A stretch of DNA of 35,501 bases from a virus (IMGVR_UViG_2534682003_000005:1-35501); one strand, 5' to 3'. Counted from the stretch's first letter, positions 1 to 9,569 are shown. Notes: generated by a model not told the origin, from the letters alone. Made by a program: numbers and translations.

Positions 1-729
1 TTACTCACCAACAGCCCACCAACTGTAATTCATCGATACCGTGTCGCTGGTTGATGACGTTCTGTAAGCAGAATTAAAGCCGGTTAACGTTGGGCCTTCT
101 GCGGTCATCATGAATCCCCGCCCAGCGCCTAAAGGCGCACCGCCATCACCAGAATGAGTAAGCATGGCGCAGTCCGCTTTTTTGGGGAAAGGGATGCTGA
201 ATGTAATTCTCATTGTTTGCGTCGATAATGTCGGCGTAACCGCACCACGACCATATTGCAGGATTTTCCCGTTGGGTAATTTCATCCATCCATCACCACT
301 GGCAAAAGAGGCCATGTCCGGTATCTGATTTTCCCCTGTTCCCACATCCCGTTTTGCCGCTTCTCCCAAACCAAGGTTTTCGAGAGCCGTTCGCACAGTG
401 CCATCCGATTTGATATCGCCAAACGGATTCTTGCGGCTCAGGTATTCAACAGCAAACCCCGATTCCAGCAATTCAACAAAACCGGGCAGATCACCATTAT
501 CAAGCACATCCCGTTGCGTTTTATCACTTACAAACTGGGCCAGAGCTGCAGCAATAAAGCTGGCCTGCCGAATAACCTTATTGACTTGCGCACTGGATGC
601 TTTCCCTGCTGTAAATCCGGATATAAGCGCAGGCAACGTTTCCCATTCCTCCTGCGACATAACATTGGCATTTCGATCAGTTGCAAACGCTTTAAAGTCA
701 TTTTTCGCCATCAGAGTAATACTCCCCAT
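1..729 (-). CDS. Putative tail fiber / receptor-binding protein (short, 242 aa)
   Basis: Last gene of the baseplate cluster, Gly/Ser/Thr-rich C-terminus; stop codon at 1-3 so the ORF is complete at the window edge; family not recognised with certainty. Confidence 0.4.
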   Translation of the reverse strand: MGSITLMAKNDFKAFATDRNANVMSQEEWETLPALISGFTAGKASSAQVNKVIRQASFIAAALAQFVSDKTQRDVLDNGDLPGFVELLESGFAVEYLSRKNPFGDIKSDGTVRTALENLGLGEAAKRDVGTGENQIPDMASFASGDGWMKLPNGKILQYGRGAVTPTLSTQTMRITFSIPFPKKADCAMLTHSGDGGAPLGAGRGFMMTAEGPTLTGFNSAYRTSSTSDTVSMNYSWWAVGE

Positions 730-1391
730 GCCCCTACATCAAAACCACTGATGAATTCGTTATCCATATCAAAACCAAAAAATTTAGAGCCTTCCGATGG
801 AGTTTCCACCGAAGGTGTTTCAATGCCCCCCGCCCATACCCCGGCGGCTTTTACTGTTAGATACCCCTGTTTAATTGCCGCAATTAACTCACGCGATACA
901 TCTGAAATATCAGTATCAGGAAAGACCCAGACCGATATCGTCATGTCCTGGTTATCGACTATCTGCATTCGCAGCCCGGATCCTGCTGTTGCAGCGTCAA
1001 GAATTGCTGGAAGCGAATCATTCCGTCCGTCCCAGTTATTAATCGCAATCTTCGCTTTAAGGATGACACGATAAGTTTCATCGCTGAGGTACATGTATCC
1101 GGAATCAGGATCGTATGGCCCCTGCCATACACCCTGATCATATCCAAGCCCGTCGGTATCCCAGCTGAAATAGACACCTGAGATAGGCTGGCTGACAACA
1201 CGGCTACGTCCGATCCACAATCCCAGAATGTCAAGTTGCACACCAACCGCAGAGTCAATATCAAATGCAGTAATCAGCCCTCTGGTGGCCGCCGCAACAT
1301 CAATAAGCGGCCGGGTCATCAGATCAACATGTGCAAGAAATTTAGGTTTGGTGGCGTGGTAGTTCGTGATTAGTTCGGTATATTTGCTCAT
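711..1391 (-). CDS. Baseplate/tail protein, gpI-like (226 aa)
   Basis: Directly downstream of and overlapping the baseplate J-like gene; position matches P2 gpI / Mu gp48. Confidence 0.5.
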   Translation of the reverse strand: MSKYTELITNYHATKPKFLAHVDLMTRPLIDVAAATRGLITAFDIDSAVGVQLDILGLWIGRSRVVSQPISGVYFSWDTDGLGYDQGVWQGPYDPDSGYMYLSDETYRVILKAKIAINNWDGRNDSLPAILDAATAGSGLRMQIVDNQDMTISVWVFPDTDISDVSRELIAAIKQGYLTVKAAGVWAGGIETPSVETPSEGSKFFGFDMDNEFISGFDVGAWGVLL

Positions 1392-2587
1392 GACTCCACC
1401 GTTATAACGATATTTTCCGGTGTACAGGACGCAGATTCGTTGTATCTGATATCAATGTTTGATGACGACAAAGCCCCCGGGGATTTCCCAATCGTCAGTT
1501 CCTGAATATCGTAATAGCGTGCATTCCCGCCACTCACCACACCAAGATTCGCCGGTGAGTAAATGCGACTTAAAAGGACCGAATCACCAATCATCAGACT
1601 ATTGATATAGTCGGAAATAGCCTGCTGGATCTGCTGCCCTATCTGTGAGGTATAACCCGTAAAAACTTTTAATTTAATCCGGGCATAAACAGGCACATCA
1701 CTAGAGCGCGAGAATTTGATTACATGGGGATTGCCGTATTTATCCGGAACCGTAACGGATGTTGTACCGTGAGTGGATGTCCCCTGGCCTTTATTCCCTC
1801 TGATAGCCTGAGCAATATCCGTCACATCACCGCCATCCACAATTACAGCAACAGAGTGTGGCGGTAACCCGTTACCGTCCTCCGAACCAGTATCGTTTTC
1901 ATAGAGTTTGTGGCGGGTTACACCGGTAACATTAGAAACAGCACCATCCAGTGCTTCAAATGGGGTTATTGATGGCAACGCAACACTTTGCGACTGGCGG
2001 ATACGTAACTCAGCGTCAGTTTCTGCCGGAGTGCCCACAGTGGCTGCAGCAGGATTGGTTACCGAAACCCAGCCACGGGTTGGCGTATTAATTTCAGTGA
2101 TAGTTCCAGCCAGCGCCGCCACTGCACCACTGACGGAACATGTTGCGGTCACCATCACTGTACCATCCACGCCTACCACCACTGAAGCAGGCAAACGCCA
2201 TATCACATTATTACTGTCTTTCACGCTGCCATTAATGATGGTTGTTCCGGCAGTTCCTGTAAGAAGCAAATCAACCGTAGAGTTCGTCGCGCCTTTACGT
2301 GAAATACCATTTATTTTCACGTTACTGGTCAGTGCAGCCCCATAGCCGGTTGCCGGTGAAAAACAGTTGTAGACAGTTATCGCCGTATTATTGGCATCAT
2401 GAATCGCCAGCGCCATCAGAGCCACCATCTGGCCGTCTTTGCTGTCCGGTTCGAGGTAGGCATCACTACCATAAATCTGCTGAAAATAGCTAATCAGGGT
2501 GCTGAGTATCGTCTGATAATCAGGCGCACTGATCCCCTCCGCGGTTACCTTTGCAGATAAACCGAGAGAATCAAGGTTCAGAGCCAT
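1388..2587 (-). CDS. Baseplate J-like protein (399 aa)
   Basis: Size and position after the gpW-like gene; typical baseplate J family composition; 4-nt overlap coupling. Confidence 0.65.
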   Translation of the reverse strand: MALNLDSLGLSAKVTAEGISAPDYQTILSTLISYFQQIYGSDAYLEPDSKDGQMVALMALAIHDANNTAITVYNCFSPATGYGAALTSNVKINGISRKGATNSTVDLLLTGTAGTTIINGSVKDSNNVIWRLPASVVVGVDGTVMVTATCSVSGAVAALAGTITEINTPTRGWVSVTNPAAATVGTPAETDAELRIRQSQSVALPSITPFEALDGAVSNVTGVTRHKLYENDTGSEDGNGLPPHSVAVIVDGGDVTDIAQAIRGNKGQGTSTHGTTSVTVPDKYGNPHVIKFSRSSDVPVYARIKLKVFTGYTSQIGQQIQQAISDYINSLMIGDSVLLSRIYSPANLGVVSGGNARYYDIQELTIGKSPGALSSSNIDIRYNESASCTPENIVITVES

Positions 2588-2940
2588 TACGCCTCCGATG
2601 TAACAGTCGTTATTCCATAAAGAGTGTCGATTTCAGCGGAAAACATGACACGTCGGGTCGTGGTATCCACCGTCGTATTGAAAGAGAGGATTGATTTAAC
2701 GCCCTGCGTTTCCAGAATGCGCTTACGGATCGCCAGGTTGTAGGTTTCCGGCTTCTGCCTGCCCAGCACGGACTGGATCCATGGAGTCCCTTCGGTGGTG
2801 TCGAGAAACCATTGCCCATACCACAATTCGAATCGCGTTTTTACCGCCTGCGCCACGGCCTCCGGTGAGTTAATCAGCCAGGTGTCATCACCGCTGCCAA
2901 AGGTGTAATCACCATCGGCGTCTTCACGTCTGTATCGCAT
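2587..2940 (-). CDS. Baseplate protein, gpW / Mu gp46-like (117 aa)
   Basis: Small protein between V-like and J-like genes, start-stop coupled. Confidence 0.55.
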   Translation of the reverse strand: MRYRREDADGDYTFGSGDDTWLINSPEAVAQAVKTRFELWYGQWFLDTTEGTPWIQSVLGRQKPETYNLAIRKRILETQGVKSILSFNTTVDTTTRRVMFSAEIDTLYGITTVTSEA

Positions 2941-3692
2941 CAGTTTACCCCATCGGTATTGCTTCCACCGCGCTGAACACCGCCATGAGTGTGCGTATCA
3001 TCGATTGGCTTGCCGTTAGCCTTAACGCTCCCCAAGAACTCAACAGCACCAGTGATTTTTGAAGCCACACCAGAAACAACAGACCCCACCATGCCCCCCA
3101 TCCAGGTTAACAGGCCATGAATGGTTACTTTCTCAGAAAAATCAGCCAGAGGGGCAACCACATCAAGGCCCCCCGGAGCGACAATTTTAATTTTCCTGGT
3201 ATCAGGATTAAGCTCAAAATAGGTGCTGCCGTCATCACTACGCAACTGTGTGGCACTGGTATTAATACCGCTAATCTTCCTTGCCTGCGACTGGGGACCG
3301 ACAATACAAAACGCATCCGATAAATCATGCATTCTGTCATCGACCGGCTCCTGTATCCCGCCACTCTGCCACCAGAAATCAATACAACGATCGGCAAAAA
3401 TCACCAGGCATTCATCGCCGGCTTCCACCGGGAAAGTTAACGTGCAGCCGCCGCCGCGCGGGAATACCACTGGTACATCCACCAGCAATGGGTAATTTTG
3501 GGTAATGCGGTTGCCGTCATTATCCTTTTCAACCGAACGGATCGCAGGCTGCACAACCGCTGTCACCGCATCAGGATCGAATGACTGGACGATGCCAGGC
3601 AAAGCAACACGTATCTGGTTCTTTGTTGTTTCCCGTTCAGATTTGAATGTTTCGGCAAGGTCGCCGCTGCGGGTCTGGTCAGATACTGCCAT
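2940..3692 (-). CDS. Baseplate assembly protein V / spike-like (250 aa)
   Basis: N-terminal region resembles Mu gp45 / P2 gpV family; Gly-rich C-terminus. Confidence 0.6.
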   Translation of the reverse strand: MAVSDQTRSGDLAETFKSERETTKNQIRVALPGIVQSFDPDAVTAVVQPAIRSVEKDNDGNRITQNYPLLVDVPVVFPRGGGCTLTFPVEAGDECLVIFADRCIDFWWQSGGIQEPVDDRMHDLSDAFCIVGPQSQARKISGINTSATQLRSDDGSTYFELNPDTRKIKIVAPGGLDVVAPLADFSEKVTIHGLLTWMGGMVGSVVSGVASKITGAVEFLGSVKANGKPIDDTHTHGGVQRGGSNTDGVN

Positions 3693-3709
3693 TTAGTAGG
3701 CTCCAGAAA

Positions 3710-3734
3710 GCAAAAAACCCGCCGAAGCGGGTTT
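3710..3734 (-). terminator. Intrinsic terminator downstream of the membrane-protein moron
   Basis: Minus-strand hairpin AACCCGC-TTCG-GCGGGTT followed by a T-tract (TTTTGCTTT). Confidence 0.6.
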
Positions 3735-3749
3735 GAAAGGATGTATGGA

Positions 3750-4322
3750 TTATTTAGGTTTCTTCCTACCATAAACAAACACTGTAGTTAATCCTACGAG
3801 ATCTAAAGTAGCAAGAGTACCTGCGAACCAAGTGTTACCGCGATTAGCAAAAAACGCAGCCATTATAAGCACTACCATTGCAATGCAAAATCCCATCCAT
3901 TGCCCACGTTTGTCGCGTGAAACCGCACCAAGTAATGCATCACTTTGCGTCTTATGCCTATGCTCTTGCTCTTTTTCGGTTAGCCTGAAAATTCTCTCAG
4001 CGCCGCCGGGTAATATTTGATTATATTGTAAGAGCATAGCAGGAGGTGGGAGTGGTCCCTGAAAAGACTCCTGCTGAAACATGGCAATAACCTTCGGGTT
4101 CTTAGAAACTCTCTCAAGAAGTTCAGGTGTTAACTTCGATTTTAGCTCAGGATCAAGGTTGGCAACTGCAGACAGCTTTTCCACTACTTCCTGAGACTCA
4201 TCATATTCCGAGGAATCAATATCTTCGTCGATACCATCCGAATCAGGAACGGCTTTTTGCGACGCTTTGTTTTCCTGATGCTTTTTGAGAACGGCCGCCT
4301 GCTTGCGGGGTTTTGAACTCAT
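3750..4322 (-). CDS. Moron: hypothetical protein with acidic N-terminus and two C-terminal transmembrane helices (190 aa)
   Basis: ORF with predicted TM segments (FCIAMVVLIMAAFF, LATLDLVGLTTVFVY); inserted between gpD-like and gpV-like tail genes; followed by its own terminator; looks AT-richer than flanking tail genes by eye; recalls a predicted-membrane-protein DUF family from memory, unverified. Confidence 0.6.
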   Translation of the reverse strand: MSSKPRKQAAVLKKHQENKASQKAVPDSDGIDEDIDSSEYDESQEVVEKLSAVANLDPELKSKLTPELLERVSKNPKVIAMFQQESFQGPLPPPAMLLQYNQILPGGAERIFRLTEKEQEHRHKTQSDALLGAVSRDKRGQWMGFCIAMVVLIMAAFFANRGNTWFAGTLATLDLVGLTTVFVYGRKKPK

Positions 4323-4482
4323 ACCTGATAACTCTGTTCATGTCACTTGCAATGACTTTAACATCACTTCTTATTGCCCGACAATCAGATCCAGAAGCAG
4401 CATATTGCCAGTAATCTGTAGTCGGCATAATGTCCATAACACTACCGGCAGCGGCTAAGTAACGATTAACGATTTTCCTCAT
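4243..4482 (-). CDS. Hypothetical small protein (79 aa from internal ATG), overlaps start of downstream moron gene
   Basis: ORF with strong Shine-Dalgarno (GGGAGGGG) 4 nt before ATG at 4482; 80-nt out-of-frame overlap with the 3750-4322 gene leaves it uncertain. Confidence 0.3.
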   Translation of the reverse strand: MRKIVNRYLAAAGSVMDIMPTTDYWQYAASGSDCRAIRSDVKVIASDMNRVIRYEFKTPQAGGRSQKASGKQSVAKSRS

Positions 4483-4647
4483 ATCCCCTCCCATAGTGAA
4501 CATCAGTGGAGCGCAGAGTTTACCTTTAAGGTAAAGTGTAGACAACTACTGTGTACAGATGGTTCAAAAAATGCGTTAACCAGTATTAATTTGTTAAAAT
4601 TAGCGCAATTGGCAACAGTTCATCCATAATATTATGGACGTCAAAAA

Positions 4648-4992
4648 TCATCGCCCAGCCACTTTTTTACACGGGAAAGATCCGATGATTTTCGGTGCAT
4701 CCATGCTGTTCTGCAGAAGCTGGACGTTCAGGAAACGCGTTTCGGTGCCAGGGCGACGAATGTATTCAAAGCCGTAGTTGTTACCGTCTTTGGCAGGCAT
4801 AAGCCCCATATCAATCTTAATGCCATCAGCACCAAGATTTGTAATTTTCTGAGATGTGACGCGTTCACCGTTAATCATGTCCATTTCCCCCAACCTTGCA
4901 GTGATGGTGTAAGGTCCACAATAAGCGGTGTAACCGCTTGCAGATGCCCCAAATGACATAAAGGCAACAATTAAAATGGCTAAGGCTTTCAC
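4648..4992 (-). CDS. Hypothetical secreted/periplasmic protein with signal peptide (114 aa)
   Basis: N-terminal signal peptide MKALAILIVAFMSFGASASG; GTG start 2 nt after gpD-like stop with GGGGG SD-like run upstream; two Cys. Confidence 0.55.
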   Translation of the reverse strand: MKALAILIVAFMSFGASASGYTAYCGPYTITARLGEMDMINGERVTSQKITNLGADGIKIDMGLMPAKDGNNYGFEYIRRPGTETRFLNVQLLQNSMDAPKIIGSFPCKKVAGR

Positions 4993-4994
4993 AT

Positions 4995-6056
4995 TTACCC
5001 CCGGTTAAGCGAGTCCTGAGTGCGGAGATCCGCCGCGCCACGCGCTTCGCACATCATATCCATGTACCACGCCTGGCCCCTTGTATCGCCAGTGTACATA
5101 ATCCCGCGCACAATATAAACGCCATCCGTTGCGATGCTGGCAGGTTGTGCTGTGGTGCCGCTTAGCGTGATATTTCCGTCCGTGTTCTGGTCGGTGATCT
5201 GACCACCAGCCATCGCAATATCGTTGTTCGACAACGCGGTACGATAGACGGAAGCCTGATCCAGCTGAATGAGCCCGTTAACCCGGATGTTCGGATTAAT
5301 AAGAGCGCGGACGTTTACGCCGTTGCCGATGGTCTGCTGCGGCATGCCGATAAGCCCGGTGGCGCTGCTGAGCACAATCGCGTCGTGAACATACTCGTTA
5401 TTCGCCACCATCTGGCGCTGACCGTCCACAAATTGCCATGTTGCGCCACATTGTCCGGCCACGTTATCCATAAGATGCCGTGTCATGCCGAACAGCACCC
5501 GCCCTCGAGGGAATACGGTAGCAGGCATTTCAGGCGTCAGTCCTTCGGTCGCGCCTTTGGCCTCAAAGTCTTTCATCAGCGCACGGTTCACATCTGCGAC
5601 CGTGTAACCGGCCGCCAGCGTCTGCGAGGTTATACTGGTGGCAAATGCCAGATCCGTATCTGCTGCCTGAATCAGGACATAGGAATCAATAGGGCTGTCT
5701 TTTCCTGTGACCGAGTAGCGAATTTCTCCGCTGAAAATCAGCCCGTAGTTGCGGCCATCACTCTGGCCCACATCTGCCGCGTCGACTTCGCGCACGGTCA
5801 CGACGTCGCTTGCCGCCACCTCCGGCGCGATACCGTCGTAACCGGCAATCAGCCGCACTTTCGAAAACTCCTGCCCGGTAATTCGGTTCACAGTATCTGC
5901 CGAGAGGTTATAAATTTTGATAGTCCCTACCCGGGACGCGCTGCTGATGTTGAACCAGTCGATCGTAAAGGTGACTTTGAAATCACTTAGCTCAATTCCC
6001 TGACCGTTCCCGTCCACAAGCTGCAGCTCGAAATGTCTCATCCAGTTCTGTGACAT
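4995..6056 (-). CDS. Tail protein, late-control-D (gpD)-like / baseplate hub (353 aa)
   Basis: N-terminal pattern typical of gpD family (LQLVDGNGQGIELSDFKVTFTIDW); position after tape measure and small tail proteins. Confidence 0.6.
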   Translation of the reverse strand: MSQNWMRHFELQLVDGNGQGIELSDFKVTFTIDWFNISSASRVGTIKIYNLSADTVNRITGQEFSKVRLIAGYDGIAPEVAASDVVTVREVDAADVGQSDGRNYGLIFSGEIRYSVTGKDSPIDSYVLIQAADTDLAFATSITSQTLAAGYTVADVNRALMKDFEAKGATEGLTPEMPATVFPRGRVLFGMTRHLMDNVAGQCGATWQFVDGQRQMVANNEYVHDAIVLSSATGLIGMPQQTIGNGVNVRALINPNIRVNGLIQLDQASVYRTALSNNDIAMAGGQITDQNTDGNITLSGTTAQPASIATDGVYIVRGIMYTGDTRGQAWYMDMMCEARGAADLRTQDSLNRG

Positions 6057-6058
6057 GC

Positions 6059-6361
6059 TTACTCCGTTGATACCAGTAAATGACTGCGACCGCCCAGATC
6101 AGTTTTCGTGGGATAATCCTGTGTGTTGTCATCGCAGACCACCACCAGCTTAAAACCAAGCCCCATACAGGCGTACTGCGCCAGCAGATCAGCGCCAGTG
6201 ACGAGAGGAATACCGGAGATTACCGGCTCTCCTCTGTCGTTCTGCAGGTCCATAATCCAGTAAGGATCGCGCCATATGATGCTAATCTGCCAAGTGACAC
6301 CACCCAGGACGATGCTGAACTGCTGGTTGTCCGCTGTCAGCGGAATTTCCTGAATTGTCAT
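6059..6361 (-). CDS. Tail protein (100 aa), gpX/gpU-position
   Basis: Start-stop coupled ORF between tape measure and gpD-like gene. Confidence 0.4.
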   Translation of the reverse strand: MTIQEIPLTADNQQFSIVLGGVTWQISIIWRDPYWIMDLQNDRGEPVISGIPLVTGADLLAQYACMGLGFKLVVVCDDNTQDYPTKTDLGGRSHLLVSTE

Positions 6362-6948
6362 TAGCCGCCTCCCAGTAATGACGCCACGTTACCCGTAATG
6401 CTTTTCAGCAGTGAAGTATCTGGAGGCTTTGTGGTTTTGTTGCCGCTGTTCTGTACCGCCGACGTGCTGGCCCCTTCCTTCATGTTGGTTTTATCCGCGA
6501 CGGTAATCTGCTGTGTCCGGGAGATAATGACCTCCCTCAGGGTGAGGACGGCGGACAGGACGTTTTCGGTTGTCTTGTCCGTCGTCACTTCCAGCGCCCG
6601 GATCAACATGTTGCTGTACAGCCGTTTACCGGTTACCACATCGAAGGGGATACGGCTTTCCTGCAGATCCAGTAGCTCCTGATACGTCTGCTGAGGACTC
6701 AGGCCGAGCAGGCTGGTAGCCGTCAGATTACTGGCAAAATCCAGCAATGCGCCGCCACCGGCGAAACCAACCTCCATCACCACTTCTGACGGTTTTTTAT
6801 AGGCATGATCAGCGACAGCGGCCCCGACCTCTACCGGATGCTCTGTTATTTCAAGCATATCTGTATGCTTCTCTGAAATAACAATACTGGGAACAATCAT
6901 TCCTATTTTTCTGCTCTGCTGATGAAAAAGTGTAGAGAGAATATCCAC
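6361..6948 (-). CDS. Tail protein (195 aa), immediately downstream of tape measure
   Basis: Start-stop coupled ORF; position only. Confidence 0.4.
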   Translation of the reverse strand: MDILSTLFHQQSRKIGMIVPSIVISEKHTDMLEITEHPVEVGAAVADHAYKKPSEVVMEVGFAGGGALLDFASNLTATSLLGLSPQQTYQELLDLQESRIPFDVVTGKRLYSNMLIRALEVTTDKTTENVLSAVLTLREVIISRTQQITVADKTNMKEGASTSAVQNSGNKTTKPPDTSLLKSITGNVASLLGGG

Positions 6949-8936
6949 TAACCCACCCTCACCTGATTACTTCGCATGACCTGAGCATTTGCAGACTGTT
7001 GCCGACGTGCAACCTCATTACCGACAGCGTGCGGATCTCCGCCACCGTAAATGTGGTAAGTATTTTGCTGGTTAACCTCTGTCATTTTGCCACTAATTCC
7101 CGCCACGGCAGCCTTATTAATCAGCTCTCGAGAATAGATATTTCTTCCATTTTCATGCTGGATAATGCTGCTCATCAATGCTGACATGGTTTGCGGATCG
7201 CTCATATTCAGGGCAGCCCGGGGATCCACTCCCAGTCGTTGCGATACAGCCCTGATATACGCAGTTGTGTTGTTATTATCAGACGCAGGTGCCCAGGTAG
7301 AGATAATTTTCTCCACACTGTTTATTCCCCGTCCGGCGTACAGCATTAACTGACGAGCAAGAGCCCGTAATCCATCAAAAGCAGTTTCAAATCTGGCAAA
7401 TCGCCCGCCCGGGCGTTCAAGAGAAGCCCCTGCCTGACCAGCAAAATTAAGGTTTCCCGGATTGTTATTCCGTTCTCCTCGTTTCGTAGCCTGTGCATAT
7501 TGTTCCGGCTCATCATCACCAAACCAGCCGCGTACCGTCCGGCCCACACTGCGGGGATCGAATCCCCAGTGCTCTTTAATCCAGTCGGCAGTACTGTTAG
7601 CGCTGTCTGTAACCATCGGCATCGCTGACGGATTTTCGCTGCCCTGATTAAGTATCTGTTTGCCGATGCTGACGGCATCAGCCCAGCGGCCATCTTTGAT
7701 AGCGTTGAGCAGGTCGGCGATCATGTTCAGCATTTTGCTGAATTCGCCCATCTGGTCGATGAAGTTGCTGAAATCCCACTTCAGGGACCATGATTTGGGG
7801 TCAATATTGAGCAGTTTCGCCAGCGCTTTCACCAGTTCATTAACAGACCCTTTCAGGTCACGAACCATCTTCAGCGCGGCATCGACCTCCGGCTTCCACT
7901 TGCCCCAGTCAATCAGGCTGTCGCCGCCTTCCTTCCAGGTCTGATAGTCCTCCCACAGAAGGGCAATCCCCGCCGCCAGCGCGGTAATGAGGCCAATCGG
8001 CGACATCCAGAACGTACTGTTCAGAATGCGCAGCGCAATCGTCAGCGCGCCAAACAGCGAGATGAGCTCCCGCGTTTGCTTATCCAGCGATTGCCACCAG
8101 GTGATAAGGCTGGATGTTCCCTCAATTAGCCTGAAGAACAGCCGCCCGATGATGTCTCCGAGCGCCAGAATGCCTTTTATGGCTTTCGTCAGGGTCTGCT
8201 CGATGCGCGGGAAGTTATCGAGGATGTGGCGGCGCAGTGTGTCCAGCGAACCCGCCAGACCACCAGCAAGATTAGAGCCGATTTTGTCACGGGCCATACC
8301 TGCCATCGCGCCGAACTCGCGCAGGGAGGTCATGAATTTGTTGGAGCTTCTGGCCGCCTCGTCAGCATTGAAGCCGATAGCTTTCGCCATTGCGCTGTAC
8401 TGCCCGGAGAAATCACCCACACCCCGGCGCATCGCCATGAGGGTATTTTCGTCAATGCCCAGCATCTGCGCATACTGGTTAGCCCGGTAATACGGCATGC
8501 TGCTGAGCTTCTGTCCGACACCCGTAAAAATAGCGGCCATGTCGCGCATGTTGCCGCTGGCGTCACGGGTCTGTACGCCCAGGCGATTCAGAAAGCCTTC
8601 TGCACCGGGATTGTTACGAATAAACCGGGAGAGGCTTTCCAGAGAAGATCGCGCAGCGTCCACGCTGCCGCCAATCTGCGAAACCGCATAGCCAATAGAC
8701 TGAATCCCCTGAACCGTCGCGCCGGTGCGCTGTGACGCCCAGTAGAGATTATCCAGACCGGAGGCGATCTTGGCCGTGAAGGCCACCACGGACAGCGCAG
8801 CTCCTTCAACAGCCAGCCCCATTTTGATGACATTTGTAGTTGTACCGGCGAGGACAGAACCGAATTTTTTCGCGCCTGCATCATCCACACTGAAGCCAAG
8901 CGAGACAAGGAAATCTTTAATAGTTTCAGCGTTCAT
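6948..8936 (-). CDS. Tail tape measure protein (about 662 aa from ATG at 8936)
   Basis: Large Ala/Gly-rich, helix-rich protein downstream of the chaperone genes; ATG at 8936 with GGAGAGAGG SD (the ORF track extends to a TTG at 8957). Confidence 0.8.
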   Translation of the reverse strand: MNAETIKDFLVSLGFSVDDAGAKKFGSVLAGTTTNVIKMGLAVEGAALSVVAFTAKIASGLDNLYWASQRTGATVQGIQSIGYAVSQIGGSVDAARSSLESLSRFIRNNPGAEGFLNRLGVQTRDASGNMRDMAAIFTGVGQKLSSMPYYRANQYAQMLGIDENTLMAMRRGVGDFSGQYSAMAKAIGFNADEAARSSNKFMTSLREFGAMAGMARDKIGSNLAGGLAGSLDTLRRHILDNFPRIEQTLTKAIKGILALGDIIGRLFFRLIEGTSSLITWWQSLDKQTRELISLFGALTIALRILNSTFWMSPIGLITALAAGIALLWEDYQTWKEGGDSLIDWGKWKPEVDAALKMVRDLKGSVNELVKALAKLLNIDPKSWSLKWDFSNFIDQMGEFSKMLNMIADLLNAIKDGRWADAVSIGKQILNQGSENPSAMPMVTDSANSTADWIKEHWGFDPRSVGRTVRGWFGDDEPEQYAQATKRGERNNNPGNLNFAGQAGASLERPGGRFARFETAFDGLRALARQLMLYAGRGINSVEKIISTWAPASDNNNTTAYIRAVSQRLGVDPRAALNMSDPQTMSALMSSIIQHENGRNIYSRELINKAAVAGISGKMTEVNQQNTYHIYGGGDPHAVGNEVARRQQSANAQVMRSNQVRVG

Positions 8937-9566
8937 TATCCTCTCTCCATTTCTCAATGCGCCGCTGGTTATCCGCTTTTACCGCCAGATGGTCATTCAA
9001 GAGAGCAATGTCATACAAATCGACAGAGCCATCTTTAAGTGCTGTATAAGGAATTAACCCGGCGTCAACCGGATTGAGAAGGTAGGACAGCCCGTCCGGC
9101 AGGCTGTTAAACGTCAGCCCTGTTGCAGGCTCTGCGTCGTGCTGGTAAGGGGTGTAGGCAAAAAATTTCCCAGCGAATTGGCGACCACCCGCGCCACCAG
9201 CTGCAGCATGGTTAGCAGGTCGATATCATCGAACATCAGCTGACCGCTGTTGAATACCGGCGTCCATCCGTCCATGTGCTTACGTGACACTACGGCCAGG
9301 CAAGGATGAATAATCGCGTTGGTATCTTCTTCAGTCAGGGAAGACAGTTCCTCAGCGATACGCGGGAGCATGGTTTCAAACACCGGTTTTAACTGCTCGA
9401 ATTTCACGGTGTCGATTTTGCCATCAGCAGGCAAACGGGAGCGAATGCTCCCGAAATCTGACATCATTCCTGCCAGCACCGGCAGAAGTTTGCGGATCAC
9501 TTTCAGCTGATCAAAAACGCTGAGTTTTGCCGCGCGATATTTCACGCCTTTGATTTCGAATTCCAT
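8926..9566 (-). CDS. Tail assembly chaperone frameshift fusion (E+E' / G-T-like), made by -1 frameshift at 9159-9165
   Basis: -1 frame is open for 78 codons from the slippery heptamer to a TGA overlapping the tape-measure ATG (ATGAACGCTGA); translated by hand. Confidence 0.55.
9114..9566 (-). CDS. Tail assembly chaperone (E/G-like, 150 aa)
   Basis: Position between tube and tape measure; contains TTTTTTG slippery site near its 3' end. Confidence 0.6.
   Translation of the reverse strand: MEFEIKGVKYRAAKLSVFDQLKVIRKLLPVLAGMMSDFGSIRSRLPADGKIDTVKFEQLKPVFETMLPRIAEELSSLTEEDTNAIIHPCLAVVSRKHMDGWTPVFNSGQLMFDDIDLLTMLQLVARVVANSLGNFLPTPLTSTTQSLQQG
9159..9165 (-). promoter_or_regulatory. Programmed -1 ribosomal frameshift slippery heptamer T_TTT_TTG
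   Basis: Heptamer in the 0 frame of the chaperone gene (codons AAT TTT TTG); same motif as P2 E/E'. Confidence 0.55.
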
Positions 9567-9569
9567 GTA

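Noticed and set aside
398-1074. Plus-strand ORFs (117 and 186 aa) overlapping the tail fiber and gpI-like genes
   Set aside because: Antisense to well-supported, tightly packed minus-strand structural genes; low-complexity Ser/Pro/Arg-rich translations typical of shadow ORFs
4546-4647. Possible LexA/SOS box near CTGTACACAGTAG upstream of the moron
   Set aside because: Does not fit CTGT-N8-ACAG spacing; only a short TGTACA palindrome
5385-5990. 201-aa plus-strand ORF inside the gpD-like gene
   Set aside because: Entirely antisense to a conserved tail gene; Arg/His/Cys-rich composition typical of a GC-rich antisense frame
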